A DNA stretch of 64,000 nt, taken from IMG/VR virus record IMGVR_UViG_3300037418_004082; one strand, 5' to 3'. Below, piece after piece: positions 36,679 through 45,782 of the stretch (the stretch's first letter is position 1; every line of letters starts with the position of its first letter). Both the position numbers and the translations under genes were made by a program. This stretch comes from a virus. Below the pieces are notes generated by a model. It was not told the origin of the DNA and ran no database searches. It worked only from the letters and a program-made list of their open reading frames with translations.

Positions 36679-37044
36679 GTCCTTCGAGGGGTCTGGTGGC
36701 GCGGTTCCTGCCAAGGCAGTTGCGATGTGCACCTTCAGCCAGGACACGAAGCCCTGGGGGTCGGTCACGGCGTCCGCGCACTTGCCCAGGTAGACGAGCC
36801 AGGCACCCAGGCGCTCCGCCTCGCTCACCGGGACGGTGTCGCGACCTGCTATCGTAGGCGCCATGTCACCCATCTCCTCCGGTTCGTAGTACCAGCAGGC
36901 GCCCGGGATGTCGTGGTCCTTCCGGCACTGCGCGACCAGGATCATGGCCGCCAGCACATCGAGCCCCGTGTCGATCACCTCGCGGCCACCGGTGAGCTGC
37001 TGCAGGAACACGACCCTGAACGTGGGCTTCGGCTTGTCGGCCAT
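36676..37044 (-). CDS. hypothetical protein
   Basis: AAGGAGG RBS. Confidence 0.75.
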   Translation of the reverse strand: MADKPKPTFRVVFLQQLTGGREVIDTGLDVLAAMILVAQCRKDHDIPGACWYYEPEEMGDMAPTIAGRDTVPVSEAERLGAWLVYLGKCADAVTDPQGFVSWLKVHIATALAGTAPPDPSKD

Positions 37045-37056
37045 GTGCGCCTCCTT

Positions 37057-37287
37057 CTACGCCAGCAGGCGCTGCTTCCAGTTCGCCTTGCACCACTTCG
37101 CCCACCAGTTGAAGCAGGGCATCAGCTCCTGCTTGGTGGCAGGGTCGTCGAGCACGGCCAAGAACGTCGTCAGTTCGTCCTGCTCCCATCCCGACCAGAA
37201 GAGCTTACGGCAACACGGCAGGCACAGGACCAGGTCCTCGACCAGTTTCTCGCACGGGGCCTGGCAGGCTTCGCAGACCTCGCTCAC
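37057..37287 (-). CDS. hypothetical protein (CxxC motifs)
   Basis: GGAGG RBS, GTGA overlap. Confidence 0.65.
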   Translation of the reverse strand: MSEVCEACQAPCEKLVEDLVLCLPCCRKLFWSGWEQDELTTFLAVLDDPATKQELMPCFNWWAKWCKANWKQRLLA

Positions 37288-37715
37288 CGATTCTCCCTCC
37301 GTACGTCACCCGCCTGCACGGGCCTACCAAAGCCGAAGCCGGCGAAGTCGAGCGTGTCGGGCTCTTTCCGGCCACCGGGAATGACGCGGTTGACCAAGCC
37401 CACGAACTCCTGCCCGTTCCACGGAATGGTCACCACGTCGCCTACGTGCAGCACCCGCGGCGACTGGAAGGAGCCGAAGCCCAGCGCCGTGGTGACACGG
37501 GCGCTGACGTTGTAGGTGCGGGGCTCGTCACGGAGAGGTGCCGGGGGCCGTGGGAAGCCCCGTCCGCCGAACCGGTAGTCGATGGTCGGAGGCGGCTTCT
37601 TGCTCTTCGGGTCGATCGGACGTGTCACGCCGTGCCAGCCGCGGTAGAGCCAGCAGGGCCAGCACTCCGTGTCCGACGCCAGATACTTCACCGAATTGCA
37701 GTTCGTGCACACCAT
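37284..37715 (-). CDS. hypothetical protein
   Basis: CTNC...CWPC; 143 aa. Confidence 0.6.
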   Translation of the reverse strand: MVCTNCNSVKYLASDTECWPCWLYRGWHGVTRPIDPKSKKPPPTIDYRFGGRGFPRPPAPLRDEPRTYNVSARVTTALGFGSFQSPRVLHVGDVVTIPWNGQEFVGLVNRVIPGGRKEPDTLDFAGFGFGRPVQAGDVRRENR

Positions 37716-37724
37716 GAGCGTCAG

Positions 37725-38081
37725 CTATTTGGCGATGCCACGCGTCGGGAAAGGGAACGGACTCCACGTAACACCACAGTGCTCGCACGTGTGGCTCGTG
37801 TGCCGCACCATGGTAGGTTCGTCAACGTGCTTCTCGCCGCACGTGGGGCAGTCGAGCCGACAGTCCATACCGTTGTGGTTGATGTCCGCCGTGATGGCGT
37901 CCAGGTCTGCCTTCAGCGACGCGAACTGCGGGTAGTTAGCAAGTGCGTTGGCGTAACCCACGAGACCGTAGAACGCGAACGGGTCGCGCTCGTATTCGAA
38001 CGTGAACGTCGGGCCGACGGGCTTGCCGTCCGCACGTGTTACCTTGTACTTGTCGAACAAACCCTTGCCGTGTTCAGGCAT
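37725..38081 (-). CDS. hypothetical protein with C-terminal Zn ribbon
   Basis: GLFDKY.VTR.DG; CPTCGEKHVD...HTCEHCG. Confidence 0.75.
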   Translation of the reverse strand: MPEHGKGLFDKYKVTRADGKPVGPTFTFEYERDPFAFYGLVGYANALANYPQFASLKADLDAITADINHNGMDCRLDCPTCGEKHVDEPTMVRHTSHTCEHCGVTWSPFPFPTRGIAK

Positions 38082-38433
38082 CTTTCTTCTCCTCTGCTTG
38101 GGCGGGTGGCTTCTTGCCGGCCTGGTGTAAGAGGTCGTCCATCATGGCCTTGGTCAGAACCGTGGTCGCGTGGCGGCCGTTCTCCGTGACCGCGATGTAC
38201 CAGCGGTTCTTCTTGTTGCCGCAGGCCAGATACCAGGATTCGAGCAGACCCCAGCCCTCCTTCGGGTAGAGCCAACGCTTGAAGTGCTTGGGCCGACGCA
38301 GCCGGGTGTTCTCCCACAGCATTCGCATCAACAACGTACGTGCAGAGTCTCGTGACGCTTTAGGGTCAACACGCTCGATGTAGCGCTTGACGGCGTGAGC
38401 AGACACGGAGACACCACGCATATTGACGAGCAC
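38074..38433 (-). CDS. hypothetical protein
   Basis: HAVKRYIER motif common in small phage proteins. Confidence 0.65.
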   Translation of the reverse strand: MLVNMRGVSVSAHAVKRYIERVDPKASRDSARTLLMRMLWENTRLRRPKHFKRWLYPKEGWGLLESWYLACGNKKNRWYIAVTENGRHATTVLTKAMMDDLLHQAGKKPPAQAEEKKDA

Positions 38434-38434
38434 G

Positions 38435-38785
38435 TTACACGACCTGCAGCATCTTGTCCGTGACGTTAAACAACGAGATGACCGCTGCCTCGTGAGCCGG
38501 GTTGTACGTCCCTTCGATCACGATGGCCTTGCCGTCCTCGTCGGCGGGCTCGACGATGACGCCACGGTCGGCCAACCATTTCTTGAGTCGCACGACTTCG
38601 TGCACGAGGCGGAAGTGGTTACCCACGACGATGTGCACGTACGGATAAGGCTGATCGCACTCGAACTCGTGCGTCTTGCCGTCGCCGGAGTCGCGCGTGT
38701 CGAAGCCGTCGGCGCGCAGGGCCTTGACCAGCTCGCGGATGCCGGGGTTGAGCTTGGAGGTGTCGATCGGTTCAATGTTCGTCAT
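38435..38785 (-). CDS. hypothetical protein
   Basis: MTNIEPID...LNPGIRELV..L...GF.T.DSGDG. Confidence 0.7.
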   Translation of the reverse strand: MTNIEPIDTSKLNPGIRELVKALRADGFDTRDSGDGKTHEFECDQPYPYVHIVVGNHFRLVHEVVRLKKWLADRGVIVEPADEDGKAIVIEGTYNPAHEAAVISLFNVTDKMLQVV

Positions 38786-38912
38786 CGGGTGTCTCCGGTC
38801 GTACGGGTGGCGTGATCGGGATCGTGCTCGCGTCGGGGTTGGCACGTCCACACGCGCCGCAGAACACGTCCTTGTCGAAGTTGGCCCAGAAGCACTGGCA
38901 CTTCCACGTCAC
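38772..38912 (-). CDS. 46-aa RanBP2/NZF-like zinc-finger protein (not in ORF track)
   Basis: GTGA overlap after GGAGG; MTWKCQCFWANFDKDVFCGACG. Confidence 0.6.
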   Translation of the reverse strand: MTWKCQCFWANFDKDVFCGACGRANPDASTIPITPPVRPETPDDEH

Positions 38913-39211
38913 CAGGCACCTCCGCTGAAGTAGCGCGCCGTGATGCGCGTGTACGAAGCGATGTGCGGACCACCCTTCACGACAGACACTTGACGTGCGG
39001 CCATGTGACCGCCTGTGATACGCCCCGTAATCTCGCCATCGCGCTCGTTGTCCATCAAGTGCACGCCGCTCTCGCCTTCCGCGAACAGATAGATGGCACG
39101 GTCCGGGAACTTGGCCCGCAACGAGTCCATCTCCTTGGCGATGGCCTCGAAGTGGGCCCTGATGCGCTCGATCTCCGGCGCCTTGGCGAGCTTGGTGTCT
39201 TCGTTGCTCAC
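38909..39211 (-). CDS. hypothetical protein
   Basis: GTGA overlap; 100 aa. Confidence 0.7.
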   Translation of the reverse strand: MSNEDTKLAKAPEIERIRAHFEAIAKEMDSLRAKFPDRAIYLFAEGESGVHLMDNERDGEITGRITGGHMAARQVSVVKGGPHIASYTRITARYFSGGAW

Positions 39212-39366
39212 CCGCGCTTCTCCATCTCGATCAGGCGCTCCAGCTCGCTCTCGCGCCGCTCCGCCGCGTACTGCTTCTCCTTGAGCCGCAGGACGGACGC
39301 CTTGGCGCGCTTGATCTTGTCACGCACCTGGCGCAGCTCGTACCGCAGGTCCGACAGGCGCGACAT
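39208..39366 (-). CDS. small basic coiled-coil protein
   Basis: MSRLSDLRYELRQVRDKIKR...; TGATG coupling. Confidence 0.6.
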   Translation of the reverse strand: MSRLSDLRYELRQVRDKIKRAKASVLRLKEKQYAAERRESELERLIEMEKRG

Positions 39367-39608
39367 CAGCGCAGCCTCTTGCGGAACAAGTAGTGCGTGG
39401 TGCTGTAGGTGCCGGCCGCCGCGTAGGGCTCCCAGCCGGCGTCGAGCTTGGCTTGCACCTGGGACCAGTCCGTGACCTCGCACATCGCCCACGCGGGCTG
39501 CGCCGCTGCTCGTGCCTGGGCGGACGCGTTGAGGATCATGCAGCCGGCGCCGATGAGCACGCCGAGCGTCATACCCGTGAGCGTGCCCATGAACGTGTGG
39601 CCCGACAT
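39366..39608 (-). CDS. small membrane-anchored protein, paralog A
   Basis: N-terminal hydrophobic segment; W.....LDAGWEPYA...YLFRKR. Confidence 0.7.
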   Translation of the reverse strand: MSGHTFMGTLTGMTLGVLIGAGCMILNASAQARAAAQPAWAMCEVTDWSQVQAKLDAGWEPYAAAGTYSTTHYLFRKRLR

Positions 39609-39838
39609 CAGCGTGCCCTCCGACGCAGGAAGTACGTCTTGTGGTAGGTGGTCTCCGACCCCGCGAAGGGCTCCCAGCCCTCCTTGAGGTACTGCTTCAA
39701 GTTCTCGAAGTCCTCCGTCACGGCGACGTCCCACTTGGGAGGCACTTCGGCGTGGGCTTGATGTGACGAGATGACCCAGCACAGGGCTGCGGGCACGGCG
39801 AACAACCAGACCGGCGGGAAAGTTAGGATGTCTTTCAA
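39608..39838 (-). CDS. small membrane-anchored protein, paralog B
   Basis: TTG after AAGGAG; W.....LKEGWEPFA...YFLRRR. Confidence 0.7.
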   Translation of the reverse strand: MKDILTFPPVWLFAVPAALCWVISSHQAHAEVPPKWDVAVTEDFENLKQYLKEGWEPFAGSETTYHKTYFLRRRAR

Positions 39839-40035
39839 CAAGGATGTGTCTCCTTCACGTGTAGACGACGTGACGGTAGCGTGTACTCGATCGACACCTT
39901 CATACCGTACATCTCTGTGATGCGATTCCACGAAGAGTAACACGGCTTGTCACGTAGCCGGTGCACGCGTTCTTCGATCGTGCCGTCGGGCATCTGGATC
40001 ATCACCTTGAACGCGATGATCCTGGGGCGGTCCAC
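39835..40035 (-). CDS. hypothetical protein
   Basis: 66 aa, adjacent to both neighbours. Confidence 0.55.
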   Translation of the reverse strand: MDRPRIIAFKVMIQMPDGTIEERVHRLRDKPCYSSWNRITEMYGMKVSIEYTLPSRRLHVKETHPC

Positions 40036-40215
40036 CTAGAAGTCCCGGCCCCTGCGAAGGGCCTGCGTCATCTCGACGTTCGCGCGGGTCAGGTCCATGT
40101 TCTCGCGACGTGCATCACGCAGCGCACGCTCTGCTTCGTCGCGCTGGTGTAGCACAACGAAGAAGCCCACGGTCAACAGCGTGGTCGTCACGACGTAGTA
40201 CACGACGGCCCACAT
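40036..40215 (-). CDS. small membrane protein with coiled coil
   Basis: MWAVVYYVVTTTLLTVGFFVVL then heptads. Confidence 0.65.
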   Translation of the reverse strand: MWAVVYYVVTTTLLTVGFFVVLHQRDEAERALRDARRENMDLTRANVEMTQALRRGRDF

Positions 40216-40216
40216 G

Positions 40217-40666
40217 CTACTTGCTCCCCGATAAAGGCTTCGACATCGTCTTGGCCCACTCCACCGCGTGACGCACGGCGAACAGCAGGGAGTCACCGTA
40301 CGCGTAGCCGATGTACGAGCCGCCCGTGAGGTCGCCGTCCTCGTCCACCACCGGCGTGTGGACCTCGATCAAGAAGCCCAAATAGCCCGCGTTCATCACG
40401 AAGTTGACGAAGTCCTCGAAGCTGTCGATGCGGTCGCCGTCGTAGTCGTCGCTCTCCTGCCACTCGATGGCCTTCGCCAGCTCCGGGATGGCCGCGCGCA
40501 CCGGCGCGAACGCCTTGCCGTCGGGCTCCGCGTTGAGCACCAGCTCGTCGTCGAGGTCGCTCTCGTCGTGCGCCGCGAGCGCGCCCAGGTGGATGATGCG
40601 CATCACGCGCACCGCGTTGTCCTGGCACAGGTCGCGGATGAGGATGTGGTCGTTGTTCTGGCTCAT
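40217..40666 (-). CDS. hypothetical acidic protein
   Basis: GAGGAAG RBS; MSQNNDH... Confidence 0.7.
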   Translation of the reverse strand: MSQNNDHILIRDLCQDNAVRVMRIIHLGALAAHDESDLDDELVLNAEPDGKAFAPVRAAIPELAKAIEWQESDDYDGDRIDSFEDFVNFVMNAGYLGFLIEVHTPVVDEDGDLTGGSYIGYAYGDSLLFAVRHAVEWAKTMSKPLSGSK

Positions 40667-40869
40667 TTCTTCCTCTTCTTGCTGGTCTTGGGCGGCTCCG
40701 GGGTAGGGGCGCTCTCGTTGATGGTCAGGTCCGCCCAGCTCTTGAGCAAGCCCAAGCACAGGCCCACGTCGCCGTGGTCGCCCTTCTTGAGCGAGTTCTC
40801 CAGGCGCGCGAGCGTGTCCTTCGACAGCTTGGCGGTCTCGTGGATCGTGGTGAGCTTCTGCTGCGACAT
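40663..40869 (-). CDS. hypothetical protein
   Basis: TGATG coupling; MSQQKLTT... Confidence 0.65.
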   Translation of the reverse strand: MSQQKLTTIHETAKLSKDTLARLENSLKKGDHGDVGLCLGLLKSWADLTINESAPTPEPPKTSKKRKK

Positions 40870-41183
40870 CAGTAGGGCTTCTTTCCATGCGTCACGAAGA
40901 AGCTGACGCCCACCTCTTCGAGATACGGGATGCCCAGCACCTCCGCCATGATGGCGCCGTGAACACGCAGGTACTTCACCTTGGCCTTCGTGTGCTTGCA
41001 GTTCGGCTTCACGCCGGGCGCCAGCTCCATGAACCCACCGCCCTTGCCCTCCTTGTAGTGCAGACGAAGCACCACGTCGCTGCCACGATCGTGCAGCTTG
41101 ATGTGCTGGTCGTGGTAGTCCTTGTCGTGGGCCTTGTTCCTGGCAACTTCCGTGAGCGCGGCGATCATCTCGTGACTGCTCAT
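40869..41183 (-). CDS. hypothetical protein
   Basis: AAGGAG RBS; TAATG coupling. Confidence 0.7.
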   Translation of the reverse strand: MSSHEMIAALTEVARNKAHDKDYHDQHIKLHDRGSDVVLRLHYKEGKGGGFMELAPGVKPNCKHTKAKVKYLRVHGAIMAEVLGIPYLEEVGVSFFVTHGKKPY

Positions 41184-41422
41184 TACGTGTTGGTCTCCTT
41201 GTTGGCTCGCGTCCCGCCCAGGTCGGGTGCATTGCCGATGCCTTCGAGCTGCGCCACACGACCTTCCAGCTCGATGATGTGGTCGATCAGCCGGTTGAAC
41301 ATCGCGCGGGTGTCTTCGTCCATCCACGGGTTCCGGGTTCGTTCGAGCACCGGCAGCTTGTCGTGTTCGGGGCACCGGGCGTAGCTGGAGTGGCCGGTGC
41401 AGCCGCAGACGAACTTAGGCAC
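41183..41422 (-). CDS. hypothetical protein
   Basis: GGAGG RBS; FVCGC...RCPEH. Confidence 0.65.
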   Translation of the reverse strand: MPKFVCGCTGHSSYARCPEHDKLPVLERTRNPWMDEDTRAMFNRLIDHIIELEGRVAQLEGIGNAPDLGGTRANKETNT

Positions 41423-41651
41423 CGCTTCCGCCCTCCACCTTGTTGGGTGGCGGGAACATTGTCTGGATGTCCTGCATCGCGAACGTGCGCTCCACGCCGC
41501 GCTCCCCGTCCACCGCGTTCATCAGCCACTGGGGCTGTGGATGGTGCTCCGTCTGGCCGAACCAGATGCACTTGGGCAAGACCCGGCGCACGGCCACCTC
41601 GCCACGGTAGTTCTTGTACACCATCGTGAGGATCTGGCTAGGTTCGTGCAT
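41415..41651 (-). CDS. stand-alone WYL-like domain protein
   Basis: Y.NYRGEVAVRRV.P..IWFG.T.HH..PQWLM.A.D.ERG.ERTFAM..I. Confidence 0.72.
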   Translation of the reverse strand: MHEPSQILTMVYKNYRGEVAVRRVLPKCIWFGQTEHHPQPQWLMNAVDGERGVERTFAMQDIQTMFPPPNKVEGGSGA

Positions 41652-41799
41652 CCCGGGCCTCCTTCTTGAACGGATCCCGCACGACCACGCAGCTCCGCGG
41701 CTGCACCTTGCCGGGCACCCGGATCTTCGGGCCGGCGTTGCGGCACACCCACATGTAGGGCTCGATCGGTTTGGCCTTGGGCCCGCGCTTCCGTGGCAT
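41638..41799 (-). CDS. small basic protein (not in ORF track)
   Basis: MPRKRGPKAKPIEPYMWVC...; TGATG coupling. Confidence 0.55.
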   Translation of the reverse strand: MPRKRGPKAKPIEPYMWVCRNAGPKIRVPGKVQPRSCVVVRDPFKKEARDART

Positions 41800-42155
41800 C
41801 AGCGCCAGTCCGTCGGGCGGTCCTGACGCAGCGCGGCCAGCAACCCCTGCCAGAGCTTCGCCGTCGCACGACCGTAGCGATCACGCACCTCGCGCACGCG
41901 ATCCAGCAGGTGGCCCCGGTGCTCCCGATAGAACGGCCCGCTCACCGCGTTGCTCACGGTCCAGACCTTGTTGGGCGGCGTGGTCAGCTCCACCTCGCGC
42001 AGCCGCGCCAGCGTGCGGCCGTTCTGGTTGAACAGCACGGCCGTGTACCCGGCCTCCCGGGCCTTTGCGATCGTCAGCCCGTCGATAGTCTCCGGCAGCT
42101 CGCCGGCTGCTTCCAACTGCTCGAACGTGCGGATGCCGTAGTCCTTAGTCTCCAC
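41799..42155 (-). CDS. hypothetical protein
   Basis: 118 aa, overlaps neighbours. Confidence 0.7.
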   Translation of the reverse strand: METKDYGIRTFEQLEAAGELPETIDGLTIAKAREAGYTAVLFNQNGRTLARLREVELTTPPNKVWTVSNAVSGPFYREHRGHLLDRVREVRDRYGRATAKLWQGLLAALRQDRPTDWR

Positions 42156-42474
42156 GCGTGCGCTCCAGGCGGTTGCGCTTCACGAGCTTGCGGCCCTCGC
42201 GCAGCGTGCGCCACGTGGTCATGCCCTCGTCGGCCTCCGCTTCCGTGCGGTAGAACGCGTTCTCGCACAGCTCGTCGTCCGCGTCCACTTCCTCGACCGT
42301 CCACGGGTACGCGTACTCGTGCAGGTCGTCGGTCTCCTGCATCGTGTCGCAGTCCTCGTCCTCGAACGCGTCCACGATCGTGAAGGCGATCTCGCCCTTC
42401 TTGTCCTCCGGCAGGTACGCCTTCACGGCGTCCCAGATCTTGCCGGCCAGTTCGGATCCACCAGACCATCCCAT
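42145..42474 (-). CDS. hypothetical acidic protein
   Basis: AGGAGG RBS. Confidence 0.75.
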   Translation of the reverse strand: MGWSGGSELAGKIWDAVKAYLPEDKKGEIAFTIVDAFEDEDCDTMQETDDLHEYAYPWTVEEVDADDELCENAFYRTEAEADEGMTTWRTLREGRKLVKRNRLERTRGD

Positions 42475-42486
42475 CCTGTTGTCCTC

Positions 42487-42654
42487 CTACTTCTTGGTTG
42501 ACGCGTACTGACTCGTGAGCGTCAGCACCTGCTTGCCAGCACGCGTCGCTTCGTCCAGCTTGAGGGCCCCTTCAGACCCGCCGCCACGTGAAGCCTCGAC
42601 GGCCTTCACGAGGTCGTTGAGCGTGTCGTACAACAACCGCGCGTCGTTCAGCAC
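42487..42654 (-). CDS. small hypothetical protein
   Basis: TAGTG coupling with primase stop; GGAGG upstream. Confidence 0.55.
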   Translation of the reverse strand: MLNDARLLYDTLNDLVKAVEASRGGGSEGALKLDEATRAGKQVLTLTSQYASTKK

Positions 42655-45600
42655 TACTTCAGCCTCCCATCGGCGAGCGCCACGCCGCGCTCCGTCACGC
42701 AGTACACGTACATCCCGTCGCCCTGGAAGCTCGCCACGTTGTTCGTGTTCGTGCGGCTCCACTTGCCGGGCTGGTTCTTCCGCCCCGGCTGCGACAAGAT
42801 GTAGCCACGTGCGGCCCAGTCGTTGGCGATGCTGATCTTCAAGTTGAACTGGCGCATCACGTCTTGCTGCACGCGCGAGTTGACGACCAGCTCGTACTTG
42901 CTGTCGTTCGGGTACATCAACTGCTGGCCGCGGAACGCGATCATACCCTCGTTGTTCATCGCCACGTCGGGCGACGTGCCACCCGCGCCCCAGTTCGCGT
43001 TCTTGATGCGCTCCATGAACGCGGTGAACGCCTGGTCGCACACGTCGGCCTTCTCTTCGATCGACGCCTCGCGCGTGGGGATGATGGAGCGGATCAAGTA
43101 GTCCATCGTCTTGCTAATGGGCAGCGCCACGCCCATCACCTCTTGCAGGACCTTCAAGCCCTGCGTGATGGCGGCTACAATCCGCTGGTCGTCGCCCACG
43201 AACGGCACGCCGCGCGTGCCCAGCCGGGCGTCGCGCTGCTCGACCTCCAACAAGGCACGCTCCAGGTTGCCCGGCACGTTATACCAGCGCTCCAGCTCCA
43301 CGCCGACCACGCCGTAGTGGTGCTCGAACACGCGCTGCGCCCGCTTGGTCGCGGCGACGTCCGGCAGCGCGTAGTCCTCGCTCAAGATGATGGTGCGGTT
43401 CCGCGCGCCCTTCTCCAACTGCGACGCGAAGTTGACCTCGCTGTTGACCATGTTCACGCCCTTGCGCGTCTCGCCGCCCTGGGCCTGCAAGGTCTTGGAC
43501 GAGGTCGTGCGGCGGTTGCCGTTCGCGAGCGAGTACAGCACGGCGTCCGCCTCCGCGGTGCTCGCCAACCCGCCCACGCCGCCCTGCTTGCGCTGGAACT
43601 CGTCCACGATCAGCGGCAGGTCCTGCATGTTGATGGCCTTGTCCTCCGTGCCCTTCATCGTGGACGAGGCACCGACCATCGCGTCCTTCTTGGCGTTGCA
43701 CCAGATGGACGTGGCCCACTCCGTGACCGTGTTCTTGCCCTTCGACGACTCCGTCGCGATCAGCACGATCGGATTACGCACGTGCAGCCAGCGAATGAGA
43801 GGCGCGCACGCCGACAGCGCCATCATCACCCACATCACCTTGTACTGCTCGAAGTCTTGCTGCGCGTGCCACTCGAACGACTCGCGCCACGGCTCCAGCT
43901 TGCCACGACGACTCAACATCGGGCCGATCACGACGTTCATGTCGGGCTGCGTGTCGTGGTACACGACGAGGCGCGGCCTATCCAGCTCGCTCTTCACGCC
44001 GGGCAAGTCGGTCGGAATCTGCCAACCGTACTCCGTCACGACGGGAATCAGACCGTTCGCACCAAAAACGGCCACCGTGTCGTTGAAGTATTCCGTGAAC
44101 TTGAGGGCGCGCGACGCGTCCACGGGGAAGTTCGGCAGCGCGTCCCACTTCTTGGCGAACAGGTCGGACACCTTCACCCAGGCGCTCTCGTCGCCGATGT
44201 TCGACCCCCACTTCACCTCCGCCCACTGCTGACGGCTCTTCGGGTCGATGCCGATACGCGTGACCCAGATGGGCTGCGGGCTCAACGCCTCGCGGTCGAT
44301 GAACTTGTTCTGGCCCACGCCCTTCTCGACCACCTTGTACGTGCCCTTGCGGTCCAGGTCGTACTTCGCCGTGTCGATCACCGTCTCGAACTGGTCCCAG
44401 ATGCGCGCCGCACGCTGATCGGACGAGCCGGCCAAGCCGTTCATCGACAGACCGCCGCCCCCGGGCATGGCCATCCCGCCTCCCCCGGCGCCACCCAACT
44501 GGCTGTCTCCCTCCCACGGCGGGGCGGCGGACTGGCCGGGCGCACCGGGCGGGGCCTGTAGCACGACGTGCTCCGCGACCATCGCCTGGTCGAGCTGCCC
44601 GTGCTTGGCCTCGACCAACGTCAGCGCCTGCTGGCGATCCTGCAAGGGCAGCGCGTTCACCTGCTGCAGCACCTGCGGCATCGGCGCCGCCGACAGGAGG
44701 ATCTGGTTCTGGAACTGCTGGAGGCTGGGGGCCGGCGGGAAGCCGACCATCTGGTGGACCTCGAACTTGGCCTGCTGCCACGAGAGCTGCTGACCGCTGC
44801 GTGCGAGCTGCGCGTTGCGCAAGCGGTAGTGGAACGTGTAGATGCCGCCGCCCTTCATGCCGTTGCCCGCGCACTCGCTGAAGCACACGTACATGCCCGT
44901 GTTCTTGTCCACGCAGAAGTTCTTCGGGTTGGCGCCGCCGTGGATGGGGCACGCGCACTTCCACTCGCTGCCGTGGTCACGGAGCTGGGGCAGGATGGTG
45001 CGGTAGTAGCGATCGATCTGCTCGCGCGTCCACGTGCCCGGGATGTGGGCCTGGTTCTTCTTGGGACGGCCGGGGCCTGCCGGCGCCTTGACGTTGAGCA
45101 CCGTGGGGTCGATGTACATCCACGGGTCCGACGCGTTGCCCTCCAGGTAGACCGCACGTCGTTCGACGGCCTCCGGCGGGGAGCTGGGCAGGTAGAAGAA
45201 GCGGTTGGCCTGGTTGCAGCTCGTGTCCATGCCCGCCGTGAAGCTGGCGCTGGTCAGGCCGCACTGGGCGAGTGCTTCGGTGAACGCCTCCTCGAACACG
45301 TGCGACGGCACCGGCTCCGCGAGGAAGATGATGACGCGGAACTTGGGCCAGGCCGGCGTGTGGTTGTGGCTGGTGACGAGGATGGACTTGAAGCCCGCCG
45401 TGCGCAGCATCGTCTCGACCGTGTCGAACGTCACGGGGTTCGGGATGCACTCCTTGATCTTCACGGTCTTCGTGGGATCGGTCGGGTGTGGGAACTTGCG
45501 CTCGATGCTGTTGTCGTAGTCGATGACGACGAGGTGCGTCTCGACGACCTGGTTCTTCTTGCGCGACGACGAGTCCTTGAAGAGCGACGGGCAGAACAGC

Positions 45601-45740
45601 TCGACGTCGGTCTTGTTCGGCGTGATGCGATGCGTCGTGAAGAGCTTGACGAAGTCGTCGAGCGACGCCTCCTTGGCGTACGGATCGGTCGCGTTCGTGT
45701 GCGACATCGTCGAATAGTGGATCGTATCCGCGCTCGACAT
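42654..45740 (-). CDS. primase-helicase: AEP-like N-terminal domain, CHC2 Zn finger, DUF927-type C-terminal NTPase
   Basis: VVIDYD, TSHNH, KFRVI; CPIHG...CFSEC; SKGKNT, LIVDE, N.NG..R. Confidence 0.85.
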   Translation of the reverse strand: MSSADTIHYSTMSHTNATDPYAKEASLDDFVKLFTTHRITPNKTDVELFCPSLFKDSSSRKKNQVVETHLVVIDYDNSIERKFPHPTDPTKTVKIKECIPNPVTFDTVETMLRTAGFKSILVTSHNHTPAWPKFRVIIFLAEPVPSHVFEEAFTEALAQCGLTSASFTAGMDTSCNQANRFFYLPSSPPEAVERRAVYLEGNASDPWMYIDPTVLNVKAPAGPGRPKKNQAHIPGTWTREQIDRYYRTILPQLRDHGSEWKCACPIHGGANPKNFCVDKNTGMYVCFSECAGNGMKGGGIYTFHYRLRNAQLARSGQQLSWQQAKFEVHQMVGFPPAPSLQQFQNQILLSAAPMPQVLQQVNALPLQDRQQALTLVEAKHGQLDQAMVAEHVVLQAPPGAPGQSAAPPWEGDSQLGGAGGGGMAMPGGGGLSMNGLAGSSDQRAARIWDQFETVIDTAKYDLDRKGTYKVVEKGVGQNKFIDREALSPQPIWVTRIGIDPKSRQQWAEVKWGSNIGDESAWVKVSDLFAKKWDALPNFPVDASRALKFTEYFNDTVAVFGANGLIPVVTEYGWQIPTDLPGVKSELDRPRLVVYHDTQPDMNVVIGPMLSRRGKLEPWRESFEWHAQQDFEQYKVMWVMMALSACAPLIRWLHVRNPIVLIATESSKGKNTVTEWATSIWCNAKKDAMVGASSTMKGTEDKAINMQDLPLIVDEFQRKQGGVGGLASTAEADAVLYSLANGNRRTTSSKTLQAQGGETRKGVNMVNSEVNFASQLEKGARNRTIILSEDYALPDVAATKRAQRVFEHHYGVVGVELERWYNVPGNLERALLEVEQRDARLGTRGVPFVGDDQRIVAAITQGLKVLQEVMGVALPISKTMDYLIRSIIPTREASIEEKADVCDQAFTAFMERIKNANWGAGGTSPDVAMNNEGMIAFRGQQLMYPNDSKYELVVNSRVQQDVMRQFNLKISIANDWAARGYILSQPGRKNQPGKWSRTNTNNVASFQGDGMYVYCVTERGVALADGRLK

Positions 45741-45782
45741 GGGACTCCAGCGGTGAAGCGAAAGGGAAGCGAAAGGGGTGGG

